A stretch of DNA of 64,000 nt from an uncultured Thiomicrospira sp. (GTDB taxonomy: Bacteria; Pseudomonadota; Gammaproteobacteria; CAKMZV01), in assembly GCA_965195345.1 (NCBI GenBank), contig OZ239628.1:576001-640000 (forward strand). The letters run 5' to 3'. A program made the position numbers and the translations under genes. The notes beneath the pieces were generated by a model that saw nothing but the letters and a program-made list of their open reading frames with translations, was not told where the DNA came from and made no database searches. Every line of letters starts with the position of its first letter. Within the stretch, counting starts at the first letter, position 1. This document shows, in pieces, positions 10,556 to 19,528 of the stretch.

Positions 10556-10809
10556 AATTTTCTCCTCTGATATATGTGATTAAAGTGAATAATAAATTTA
10601 GCTTTTTTTGCATTCATTTCGTAGAGTGTAAACATTAAAATGACACTTGTTAGAAGCTGCCCAACGCTAAAACCCAACAATGATAACATAATTTAAACCT
10701 GAATATTTCAAGTTATCAATAATGCAAGTGGATGCTGTCAGGTGAGAAATCAAGGTACAATAAATACGATCTAATTTTTAAAAATAAGCAGACTATTTAG
10801 GGTAAATTA

Positions 10810-12153
10810 ATGTTTTCATCACTAAGTGAAAGACTACAAGCAAGCATAAAAAAAATTCGTGGACAAGGACGCCTGAGCGAAGAGAATATTCAAGAAACCC
10901 TTCGTGACATACGACGCGCGTTGCTCGAAGCCGACGTTGCAGTACCTGTTGTTAAGCGATTTATTGATTCAATTCGTGAAAAGTATCTGGGGCAAGATGT
11001 TGCGCAGAGCCTAACGCCTGGGCAAGAGCTTATAAAAATTGTACAAGAAGAGCTAACCAGCTTATTGGGGCGTGAATCAATACCACTAAACTTTCGCACG
11101 CAACCGCCAGCTATTATTTTAATTGCGGGGTTACAAGGTGTCGGTAAAACAACAACCGTGGGCAAACTTGCCAAAGAACTTGCAGTGCAACAGAAGAAGA
11201 AAGTTATGGTGGTCAGCGCCGACATTTACCGTCCAGCTGCACGTGATCAGTTAGAAATTTTAGCAGAGCAAGTTGGAGTACGTTATTGCAAAGCAGAGAA
11301 TGCTAGTACACCAGTTGCTATTGCTGAATCAGCTGTGGCAGAAGCGAAGAGGGGTTTGTTTGATGTGCTATTGGTAGATACAGCAGGGCGATTGCATGTA
11401 GATAGTGAAATGATGGATGAGATAAAGTCTATTCATTCTGCGATTCAACCAATAGAAGTTCTATTGGCTACCGATTCACAAGCAGGTCAAGATGCGGTAA
11501 ATAGCGCTGAAGCATTTAATAACGCCTTGCCTTTGACGGGTTTAGTGATGACTAAGGTGGATGGTGATGCCAGAGGCGGTGCTATTTTATCTGTACGCGA
11601 AGTGACTGGCTGCCCAATAAAGTATTTGACTACAGGAGAGCAGCTCGACAAAATTGAAGTCTTTCATCCTAATCGTGTGGCATCACGCATTTTAGGTATG
11701 GGAGACATGATGTCTTTGATCGAAGAAATTGAACGCAAAGTTGAAAAGAAACCAACTGAAAAATTACATAAGGGATTTGGGTTAGTTGAAATGCGCACTC
11801 AATTAAAGCAAATGCTTGACATGGGTGGAGCAAGTTCGTTGATGGGCAAAATTCCTGGAATGGGGAACATGTTAGAGAAGGTTAAGAATCAGGTGGATGA
11901 TCGCAACGTAAAGAGGCAAATTGCCATGATAGATTCAATGACACCTCTTGAGAGACGCGATCCAACAGTCATTCGCCGAACACGTAAAATTCGAATCGCC
12001 ACAGGCTCAGGAACAACTGTACAAATGATTAATCAATTATTAAAGCAATATCAACAGATGAATGGCATGATGAAAAAAATGAAAAACCCTAAGCAAGCAA
12101 AACGCATGCTTGACGGGTTGGGTGGCATGGGTGGAGGTATGCCACGCTTTTAG
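10810..12153 (+). CDS. ffh: Signal recognition particle protein Ffh
   Basis: ALLEADV, GLQGVGKTT, DTAGR, TKVDGDARGG, Met-rich M domain. Confidence 0.97.
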   Translation: MFSSLSERLQASIKKIRGQGRLSEENIQETLRDIRRALLEADVAVPVVKRFIDSIREKYLGQDVAQSLTPGQELIKIVQEELTSLLGRESIPLNFRTQPPAIILIAGLQGVGKTTTVGKLAKELAVQQKKKVMVVSADIYRPAARDQLEILAEQVGVRYCKAENASTPVAIAESAVAEAKRGLFDVLLVDTAGRLHVDSEMMDEIKSIHSAIQPIEVLLATDSQAGQDAVNSAEAFNNALPLTGLVMTKVDGDARGGAILSVREVTGCPIKYLTTGEQLDKIEVFHPNRVASRILGMGDMMSLIEEIERKVEKKPTEKLHKGFGLVEMRTQLKQMLDMGGASSLMGKIPGMGNMLEKVKNQVDDRNVKRQIAMIDSMTPLERRDPTVIRRTRKIRIATGSGTTVQMINQLLKQYQQMNGMMKKMKNPKQAKRMLDGLGGMGGGMPRF

Positions 12154-12197
12154 TCTTTGGCGGTGCCCGTGCAAAAAACACAAGAAAAGGAACACAT

Positions 12198-13283
12198 TTG
12201 AGTGCTAAAAATATTGCGGTTGTTGGAGGAGGTATCAATGGCATTATGATTGCATGGCAACTGTTAAAAGCAGGATGCCATGTTACTATTTATGAACAAG
12301 GTTCCGTCATGCAACAGACCTCCAGCGCATCTTCAAAATTGCTACATGGTGGATTAAGATACATTGAACATTGTCAATTTTCAATGGTGAAAGAGGCGCT
12401 TGCAGAACGTAATTGGTGGATTGAGCAAGCGCCCCATATTGCCCATCCACTTCAATTTTTCATTCCGGTTTATAAATCTTATAAACGCCCTTCATTTTTA
12501 TATTGGTTAGGACTTTTTATCTACGATGCACTTGCAGGCAAACATCGAATCAAACGTTTCAAAAAAATTAATAAAACGATGATGAAAAAACATTGTTCAG
12601 AACTAAAAGAAAACGGATTATGTGGAGGGTTTTCTTATTTTGATGGGCAGATGGACGACTATACATTGGGCATGTGGGCAGTGGATAAAGTCCGCAGTTT
12701 TAAAAACTGCACGATTAAAGAAAACACCGAAGTTAAGAAGATCGAGCTCGATGGACGAGTATGTGGGAGTTATTTTGACAGCTATTTCGATCACATTGTG
12801 AATGCAAGCGGATGCTACGTTGAACATTTATTGACTAAAAGTGGTTTAGACTCCAAGCATTCCATTGATTTAGTGCGTGGTTCGCACATTGTTATTGATC
12901 GTTGTATTACTCAAGCCTATTTTCTCGAGGTTCCAGGTGAAAAACGTATGTTTTTTGTTCTGCCTTATCAAAATAAAACAATGATTGGAACAACCGAAAT
13001 GCGTGTAAAAATAGATGATGCAGTTGTTGCCAGTGAAGAGGAGGTTGACTATCTAATAAAGGCTTTTAACCATTACTTCAAAAAGTCGATAGATCGAGGG
13101 GCAATAAGCGCAATTTTTGCAGGAGTTCGTCCATTGATTAAAAGTACTAAAGATTCAAGTTTAGCAAGCAGAGAATACGCAATTGAACAGCAGGGAAAAA
13201 TCATTAGTGTTTTTGGTGGAAAGTGGACGACTTCTAGGAAATTAGCGCAATTAGTCGCTGATAAAATCGTAACTGGAATTTAA
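12198..13283 (+). CDS. FAD-dependent glycerol-3-phosphate dehydrogenase/oxidase family protein (short form)
   Basis: VVGGGING, TSSASSKLLHGGLRY, RGSHI, IGTTE, AGVRPL, GGKWTT; lacks the C-terminal cap domain of full-length GlpD. Confidence 0.8.
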   Translation: MSAKNIAVVGGGINGIMIAWQLLKAGCHVTIYEQGSVMQQTSSASSKLLHGGLRYIEHCQFSMVKEALAERNWWIEQAPHIAHPLQFFIPVYKSYKRPSFLYWLGLFIYDALAGKHRIKRFKKINKTMMKKHCSELKENGLCGGFSYFDGQMDDYTLGMWAVDKVRSFKNCTIKENTEVKKIELDGRVCGSYFDSYFDHIVNASGCYVEHLLTKSGLDSKHSIDLVRGSHIVIDRCITQAYFLEVPGEKRMFFVLPYQNKTMIGTTEMRVKIDDAVVASEEEVDYLIKAFNHYFKKSIDRGAISAIFAGVRPLIKSTKDSSLASREYAIEQQGKIISVFGGKWTTSRKLAQLVADKIVTGI

Positions 13284-13456
13284 TTATTTAAGAATTCTTA
13301 CGGTTAAAGCCCGCATGATTGGAGAATGATTAGAAACAACTCAATGCGTGATTATCCGTTAAAAAGTAACTATCTATGGTGCATAATAGTAGGGTAACAT
13401 TGCTGTTTAATCAACCGCTTTAATCGATTTTTTTGCTCAACGTAATTAGGAAAGAC

Positions 13457-14629
13457 ATGCATCCAAAATTAGAAAGGACTATTGCAATACTGGGTGACTT
13501 GATTGCATTCCCAACGATATCTTCTGACAGTAATTTGGCGCTAATCACTTATATTGAGAAATTGGTTAAGCCGTTAAATCCAAAAATAAATTTCACCTAC
13601 GATACCAGTCAAGGAAAGGCAAATATTTTGATCAGCTTGCCTGATGAATCAGGGAGTACTCAAGGTGGTATTTTGCTATCTGGGCATACCGATGTGGTGC
13701 CTGTTGATGGGCAAGAATGGAAGCATGAACCTTTTAAAATGACCCAACGCGATGGAAAATTATTTGGGCGAGGCAGTTGCGACATGAAAGGATTTATTGC
13801 CGCATGTTTGGCGATGTTTCCTGATTTTGCCGTATTGATCCGCAAGCAACCGTTGCACATGGCGTTTAGTTTTGATGAAGAAGTGGGCTGTTTGGGTGCT
13901 GGGTTATTAGTGGAAGAAATGCGTCGTCTTGACATTGTGCCTAAAATTGCCATTATTGGTGAACCTACTGATATGCAAGTGATAGAAGGGCATAAAGGGT
14001 GCTATGACTATACAACCTATCTGCATGGATTGGCTGGGCATGGATCGTTACCCCATTTAGGCGTTAGTGCGGTTGAGTACGGAGTGTGTTATGCACATAA
14101 ATTGTTGGCTATGCAGGCTTATTTGGAATCTGCAGCACCCAAAGAAAGTTGTTTTGATCCAGCGCATACCACGTTAATTATTGGTGGAATACGTGGTGGC
14201 GTTGCCCATAATGTCATCGCTGATCATTGCGAAATTGATTGGCAAATGCGCCCCGTTCGTTCAGGGGATGATACTTATGTGCATGAACACATAGATTCGT
14301 ATGCCAAAGAAGAGCTATTGCCCAAAATGCAAGCTGTTTATAAAGACGCATCGATTGAGAAAAAAACATTGAGTGAGGTCGGCGGTTTAGAGCCTATGCC
14401 TGATTCTCAGGCGCGTGAAGTTGTTTGCCAATTAGTTGGTAATGATAAAACAGGTTTTGTATCGTACGGTACTGAAGCAGGGTTGTTTCAAGGGTTGGGT
14501 ACATCCTGCGTGGTTTGCGGTCCGGGATCAATTCGACAAGCACACAAAGCGGATGAGTTTGTCAGTGTTTCTCAGATGGAGCAATGTTTGCAGATGTTGA
14601 GTGCTTTAAAAAATCACCTGAATGCCTGA
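13457..14629 (+). CDS. M20 amidohydrolase, acetylornithine deacetylase (ArgE)-like
   Basis: LSGHTDVVP, GRGSCDMKG, FDEEVGC, IGEPT, GTEAG, AHKADE; AGGAAAG RBS before ATG 13457. Confidence 0.88.
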   Translation: MHPKLERTIAILGDLIAFPTISSDSNLALITYIEKLVKPLNPKINFTYDTSQGKANILISLPDESGSTQGGILLSGHTDVVPVDGQEWKHEPFKMTQRDGKLFGRGSCDMKGFIAACLAMFPDFAVLIRKQPLHMAFSFDEEVGCLGAGLLVEEMRRLDIVPKIAIIGEPTDMQVIEGHKGCYDYTTYLHGLAGHGSLPHLGVSAVEYGVCYAHKLLAMQAYLESAAPKESCFDPAHTTLIIGGIRGGVAHNVIADHCEIDWQMRPVRSGDDTYVHEHIDSYAKEELLPKMQAVYKDASIEKKTLSEVGGLEPMPDSQAREVVCQLVGNDKTGFVSYGTEAGLFQGLGTSCVVCGPGSIRQAHKADEFVSVSQMEQCLQMLSALKNHLNA

Positions 14630-15701
14630 ATACGCGCTTTGTTTTGTTGGCGGTGGACCAGCGACGCTTCACTATTTGTCGATGACCCCTCATCTTCACA
14701 AATGGCTCAATTTGGGGCTGGCAATTGTTTGTCCCGAACAACTTGGCTATGGACAAAGCCTCAACTACAACATCCATTCTAATGATCAAGCAAAGACGTT
14801 TATCGAAGGTGTGCAACCTGATTTTATCAAGGTGCTTGATTTCCCTTGGGATACCGATTTGGAATCATCACCTATGTTAGGTGCAGTGGCTTGGCCGATG
14901 TTTCGCAGTATCGGAGAGGAGGTTGCTAAACGTGTTAGCGCATCACCTAAAAGTAAAAAAATTGATGACTCAGTGGAAAGAATCATCATGAATAAGCAAG
15001 GTTTTACATTGCAGTTGGCAACAGGGTCTGAGATTAGGAGTAAAGTGGTTTGTGTGAATACAGGGGCTGGATTGGCTGATTCAATCTTTTCCAACGAGCA
15101 GCTACAAATATTGAATGGGTTGGCTATCAATGTAATCCACAGTGATGTGTTTCAGCGAAATGCTTACGCTGACTACATAATTAAGCAACACAACTTTGCT
15201 ATTATCGGAGCATCGCACAGCGCGATGTCTGCGAGTAAGATGATTAAACGTTTGAATTCTAAAGCGCGTATTGATTTTTTCTATCGGAGTGAACCTAATA
15301 GAAAGAATATTGCGAATCCGTACAAGGCTTGGTTTGATGAAATATTTGCTGGTAAGGTTGAAGGTGTTAGCAATCATTTAATTGAAGATATATCAGCGCT
15401 ATTTCCCCACCTAACACAATTTGATACGGTGGTGGAAGCTGTCGGGTATAAGCGGAATATAATTCCTTTGTACGATGAGAAAAATCAAAAAATAAACAGC
15501 ACTCAAAAGCCCGATATGTACGGTAGGATTCAAGACGATATTGATAATGAATTGAAGGGTTTTTTCGGTTTTGGGTTAATGAGACCTGTGCATGGATTAA
15601 ATCCCAAAACAATTGCACATCATCAGCGAATTGTTGAAGGATTTGGTTTGCTTGCAGAAACCAAAATTATGGATGGATGCTTTTCGGCTATTTTGCGATA
15701 G
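14622..15701 (+). CDS. Uncharacterised FAD/NAD(P)-binding oxidoreductase
   Basis: N-terminal VGGGPA Rossmann motif, NTG motif, second site IIGASHSA, EAVGY; overlaps the upstream gene by 8 nt. Confidence 0.65.
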   Translation: MPEYALCFVGGGPATLHYLSMTPHLHKWLNLGLAIVCPEQLGYGQSLNYNIHSNDQAKTFIEGVQPDFIKVLDFPWDTDLESSPMLGAVAWPMFRSIGEEVAKRVSASPKSKKIDDSVERIIMNKQGFTLQLATGSEIRSKVVCVNTGAGLADSIFSNEQLQILNGLAINVIHSDVFQRNAYADYIIKQHNFAIIGASHSAMSASKMIKRLNSKARIDFFYRSEPNRKNIANPYKAWFDEIFAGKVEGVSNHLIEDISALFPHLTQFDTVVEAVGYKRNIIPLYDEKNQKINSTQKPDMYGRIQDDIDNELKGFFGFGLMRPVHGLNPKTIAHHQRIVEGFGLLAETKIMDGCFSAILR

Positions 15702-15716
15702 CATTAGAGCAACGAA

Positions 15717-16373
15717 TCAGACTTCTGCTATTTCAATGATTTCGCTTTCAGCTTTTGCAAGTCGTATCCATTCGCAAACATCATCATCTTTTTGTGTTTT
15801 TTGTATGTAATCATTGACGACATCGCTTACAGGCACATTGTAGGTAACAAAGCGCGTCATTAAAGGGATGAACATGGCATCAGCGATGCTGAACGTTCCA
15901 TATAACCATTCATCCTTATGAGAAAATTGTTGTCTGCATTCAGTGACAATCCACTCGACACGAGCGATTTCTTTTGCGATTTTCTCCGTAATTTCCGCTG
16001 AACGATTTACAGCGCGTAAATTCATAGGCAAATTTTTGCGAATATGGATAAAGCCTGAATGCATTTCGGCGGCTATAGAGCGCGAGTGCGCTCTATAGCG
16101 ACACTCTTTTGGCCAAATATTTGGGTTCTTTTCAGCGATGTGCTCTGCTATGGCAAGAGAGTCCCAGACGGTCACTTCTCCGTCTTTCAATATAGGCACG
16201 TTGCCTGCTTTTGAATAATGGCTTATGTCTTTTTCAAATCCCTCAACAAACAGTGGAATACGCACCTCTTCAAAGAGGATGTTTGATTTGCGCATAACCA
16301 GCCACGCACGCATCGACCAGCTTGAATAATTGCGGTTTCCTATTATGAGTATTGGTTTATTCATTATTTTCAA
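15717..16373 (-). CDS. Glutathione S-transferase family protein
   Basis: IGNRNYSSWSMRAWL, VP.L, VWDSLAI, AEMHSGF, FSIADAMF. Confidence 0.9.
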   Translation of the reverse strand: MKIMNKPILIIGNRNYSSWSMRAWLVMRKSNILFEEVRIPLFVEGFEKDISHYSKAGNVPILKDGEVTVWDSLAIAEHIAEKNPNIWPKECRYRAHSRSIAAEMHSGFIHIRKNLPMNLRAVNRSAEITEKIAKEIARVEWIVTECRQQFSHKDEWLYGTFSIADAMFIPLMTRFVTYNVPVSDVVNDYIQKTQKDDDVCEWIRLAKAESEIIEIAEV

Positions 16374-16932
16374 TGTCGTTAAAAATTGCTTCTGATAAAA
16401 CTTCGTCTGTGCTTGCTATTTGACAAAATTCATCATTAAGGCTAAGTAAATGGATACGATGAATTTCTTCTGCACTAAATTGATTGCCTTCACTGTCTTT
16501 TCGGTCGAAAGTTGCGGTTGCATCCTCTACCAATACAACGACAAAGCCTAGATTACTCGCCATGCGCACGCTGGTGGAAACACAGTGATCTGTTGTTAAA
16601 CCAACGATGACCAAACGATGAATATTCTGGGTAAGCAAGTATTTCTCTAAATCGGTACCTATAAATGCACTATTGACGTTTTTGCGAAATACCATTTCAC
16701 CTGCCAAGGGTAATGCTTCATTTTTACAGGCATTGCCTGAATGATTTGGGTGTAAAGGTGAATTTTCCAACGTGGAATCGTGGTGGACGTGTATAACCTC
16801 ATTACCATTGCTGCGCCAGAATGCCAATAAACGCGCAATATTTATTTCAGCATCGAGGTTATTGCGCCGACCGAAGGTCTCTTTGGAAAACCCTTGCTGA
16901 ACATCAATAACTAATAGTGCTGCAGAGTACAT
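16357..16932 (-). CDS. Isochorismatase-family cysteine hydrolase
   Basis: LLVIDVQQGF, KNVNSAF.GT, GLTTDHCVSTS. Confidence 0.92.
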   Translation of the reverse strand: MYSAALLVIDVQQGFSKETFGRRNNLDAEINIARLLAFWRSNGNEVIHVHHDSTLENSPLHPNHSGNACKNEALPLAGEMVFRKNVNSAFIGTDLEKYLLTQNIHRLVIVGLTTDHCVSTSVRMASNLGFVVVLVEDATATFDRKDSEGNQFSAEEIHRIHLLSLNDEFCQIASTDEVLSEAIFNDIENNE

Positions 16933-17310
16933 AATTCGCTTAATTTATATGCTTGTAATTAGTGGATTTAAGAGATCAGAATCTTAAAGTTTGAACTTTA
17001 TAATTTGCCCTTATCAGAGCTTTGGGTGATTATCAGAATAACCAAAATCCTCGTTGACGCATTATAGACTACTTTGTGTATACGTACGTTGAGGTCATTT
17101 AAGAAGTTTATCAACGATCGATTGCTGATTGATAACCCCCATTCTACTTAAATAATGCGTGTTGTCTGCTTCCACTCTTGATGCTGCTTTAAAGGCTATG
17201 AGTGCTCGTATTCCCTTATAGTCCACAGGCTATGTTACCCTAGTGGCTTTTGTCAAACAATAGTGTAAAATGATTAAATCTCATCCAAATGATGGTGCTC
17301 ATTTTGGGGG

Positions 17311-17445
17311 AAGGTCAATATCAATGACCGTGTTGATGAAGAGAGGAGTTTGGAAGGCGCGATTGAAGGTTGGCAACAATCTTGAATCGCATTAAAACAA
17401 TAAACCAAGAAACTACTCGAGAGCTTGGAGGAATTGGGATATTAA
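17311..17445 (+). pseudogene. Remnant of the C-terminus of a type I R-M methyltransferase (HsdM)
   Basis: Translates KVNINDRVDEERSLEGAIEGWQQS*IALKQ*TKKLLESLEELGY* with stops at 17383 and 17401; resembles HsdM C-terminal helix; pairs with an HsdS-like fragment after the CBASS genes. Confidence 0.5.
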
Positions 17446-17460
17446 ATGGAGATATAAATT

Positions 17461-18411
17461 ATGAATTATCAAGAAAAACTCACGCAACTCTACAGAAGGA
17501 AAAATAATATTACAACTTCTACCTTTTCAGAATCAGTTGACTCTCTAACGCAAAGCAACATAAATGAAAATAAAGCACTGAAATATATTCGTAAAGCAAT
17601 GGAAGAAGTAGAAGATAACTATAGAAGAAAAACAATCGAAGCTGCAGTTAAAGTTGGTAATCACTTAAAAGAATTTAACTGCGAATTTAGATTACAGGGT
17701 TCTGTTACTACTCAAACAGAAATAACGCAAAGCAGTGATGTTGACCTAGTGGTTATTACAGATAAAGCTGTAACTATAGCGAAAGGATTAAGAAACGATA
17801 ATCCATATCAAGGCAACTTAACTGAAGATTTAAGAGTACTTAGATGTCAATGTGAGGAAAAACTCCGTAATATATATCAAGACGTTAAAATCAATGGCTC
17901 CAAATCCATTGAAGTCTACTTAACTAACCCTAAGAGGAAGGTAGATGTTGTAGTTGCAAACTGGTACAAAACGTATCATTTCAATCAAACTTCTATCGAA
18001 CATGACAAAGGAATCTATCTGTATGATAAAAAACAAGACGAACGTATTGGACCAGATTTTCCATTTTTAAGATCATACAAAATTAAGTATCACCAAAACA
18101 GAGAGAAAATCAGAAAGATGGTTCGATTTATGAAAAATTTTCGAGCAGATTTTGAAATACAAAATCTTACCAGTTTTCAAATTAATTGCATTGCATACGA
18201 CTTACCTTATGCTTTGTATTATTCCAATGAGGAAATTGAGTGGCTCAAAGAACTACTGGACTATTTGCCAGAGCAAGGTTATCACCAGGAAATTGATTCT
18301 CCGTGTAAAAAGGAAAAAGTACGAATTAATCATAACCCAACACTAGAGAAAGTATTAAGTAAACTCATCGAAGATGCGAGTTACATAGCATATGAAGACG
18401 CTATTTTTTAA
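17461..18411 (+). CDS. CBASS cGAS/DncV-like nucleotidyltransferase, CdnE clade (STING-associated type)
   Basis: QGSV.....I...SDVDLVV catalytic motif, RKVDVVVANWY, GIYLY, DFPFL, KMVRFMKNFRAD, LTSFQINCIAY; ATGGAG RBS. Confidence 0.9.
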   Translation: MNYQEKLTQLYRRKNNITTSTFSESVDSLTQSNINENKALKYIRKAMEEVEDNYRRKTIEAAVKVGNHLKEFNCEFRLQGSVTTQTEITQSSDVDLVVITDKAVTIAKGLRNDNPYQGNLTEDLRVLRCQCEEKLRNIYQDVKINGSKSIEVYLTNPKRKVDVVVANWYKTYHFNQTSIEHDKGIYLYDKKQDERIGPDFPFLRSYKIKYHQNREKIRKMVRFMKNFRADFEIQNLTSFQINCIAYDLPYALYYSNEEIEWLKELLDYLPEQGYHQEIDSPCKKEKVRINHNPTLEKVLSKLIEDASYIAYEDAIF

Positions 18412-19321
18412 TGAAAAAATAATGAACACAAAAAATGAAAAAATAATGAATACAAAAAATGAAAAAATAATGAATACAAAAAATGAAAAAATAATGAATA
18501 CAAAAAATGAAAAAAAGAAAATTTTTATTGGCTCTTCAAGTGAGGCCTTACAACACTTACAAGATATTAGAAAAAAACTTGAAAATGACTTTGAAGTAAT
18601 AGCATGGAATGATCCAGGAGTATATTCACTAAACAATCAATCCTTTCTTGATTCATTGATTAAACAGTCATATTTAGTTGATTTTGCCATATTTATAGCG
18701 GCTTCCGACGATATAACTCAAAGTAGAGGAAAAGAACAAAAATCAACTAGAGATAATGTGATTTTTGAGTTTGGTATGTTTTTACAATCTCTTGGTAAAG
18801 ACAGGTGTTTTATGTTAGTAGAGAGTGACAGCAGGGTTCTTTCAGATATGACTGGTATCACAATTAAAAAATTTTCAGACCCAATATCGCTTGACCACAC
18901 AATACATGAACTAAAAAATAATTTATTGCAAAGGAAGAAACATATACCGTCTCTGGTGACTACAGGATTAGCCTACGGTTACTATAAGAACTTTATTAAA
19001 AAACTTGCTGAGTGCGAAAAGTGTACAGCATTAACTATCCATTTAGGAAGAATATCTTTTAATCCGAAAGAATATAAAAAATATCAATCTGATGATTTTC
19101 CTGTCAGGCAAGCATTTCACAAATCAAATGATTGCGGCAGTTTTGTTGATTACCCAACTACATTAGAAGTAATAGATGATATTATTAATGATAAAAGTGA
19201 ATTGAGTGAAGATGAAAAAGAGCGCTATAGAAAAAGGGAGATAGGAAATTTTCAATTAGTGATTGAACGTAGAATGGAAAACGAAAGTTTTAAAAGCAAA
19301 GTTAACTTTTTATGCAGTTAA
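18392..19321 (+). CDS. cap12: CBASS effector Cap12, TIR-STING fusion
   Basis: TIR: KIFIGSSSE, DFAIFIA..DD...SRG, RDNVIFEFGMF...LG..R, SDMTGIT; STING: LAYGYYKNF, DYPTTL, REIGNF. Start ambiguous (18392 or one of the repeat-borne ATGs up to 18494). Confidence 0.9.
   Translation: MKTLFFNEKIMNTKNEKIMNTKNEKIMNTKNEKIMNTKNEKKKIFIGSSSEALQHLQDIRKKLENDFEVIAWNDPGVYSLNNQSFLDSLIKQSYLVDFAIFIAASDDITQSRGKEQKSTRDNVIFEFGMFLQSLGKDRCFMLVESDSRVLSDMTGITIKKFSDPISLDHTIHELKNNLLQRKKHIPSLVTTGLAYGYYKNFIKKLAECEKCTALTIHLGRISFNPKEYKKYQSDDFPVRQAFHKSNDCGSFVDYPTTLEVIDDIINDKSELSEDEKERYRKREIGNFQLVIERRMENESFKSKVNFLCS
18410..18515 (+). repeat. 24-bp tandem repeat, 4 copies plus a partial copy (AATGAAAAAATAATGAATACAAAA; encodes NEKIMNTK)
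   Basis: Read directly; the first copy carries one T>C change. Confidence 0.97.
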
Positions 19322-19322
19322 C

Positions 19323-19472
19323 AGAGAAATAAAAAGGTCGCGCATCGTGAAATTTGATGAGGTAGTAGCACAGCAAATATCAAAAAGAAGTAGTTCAACA
19401 GCAGATGATAGCTTCCGTCACATTGGGTTAGAGCATTTGGATTTAGGCAGCATTAATCGTCAAATAATCTAA
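19323..19472 (+). pseudogene. Remnant of the N-terminus of a type I R-M specificity subunit (HsdS)
   Basis: RIVKFDEVVAQQ...FRHIGLEHLDLGSI resembles the HsdS N-terminal pattern VKFGDVV...YIGLEHLD.GS; truncated after about 50 codons. Confidence 0.6.
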
Positions 19473-19487
19473 TACGGACTGCGTAGA

Positions 19488-19506
19488 GCAATCTATAAAA
19501 GATTGC
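19488..19506. terminator. Hairpin between the CBASS locus and the ald 3' end
   Basis: GCAATCT-ataaa-AGATTGC between convergent units. Confidence 0.45.
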
Positions 19507-19528
19507 CGGACGTTCGGTGTGTATGCTT

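Noticed and set aside
10584-10809. SRP RNA or tRNA near ffh
   Set aside because: No GC-rich stem or tRNA/SRP signature; AT-rich divergent promoter region
17095-17226. 43-codon minus-strand ORF (VDYKGIRALIAF...) resembling a LysR/ArgP N-terminus
   Set aside because: Similarity limited to about 10 residues and no HTH follows; cannot be supported without a search
13390-17241. Shared 11-mer TAGGGTAACAT in inverted orientation at 13390 and about 17231-17241 as island ends
   Set aside because: An 11-bp match is expected by chance in 64 kb; no integrase or transposase nearby
18410-18515. 24-bp repeats as a CRISPR array
   Set aside because: Head-to-tail with no spacers, no palindrome and no cas genes; it is a tandem repeat
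18355-18636. Minus-strand ORF with FFVFIIFS repeats as a membrane peptide
   Set aside because: Antisense shadow of the tandem repeat and the TIR gene
19465-19525. Possible integron attC site after the CBASS locus
   Set aside because: Core sites do not match RYYYAAC/GTTRRRY and no intI is present; better explained as a terminator hairpin
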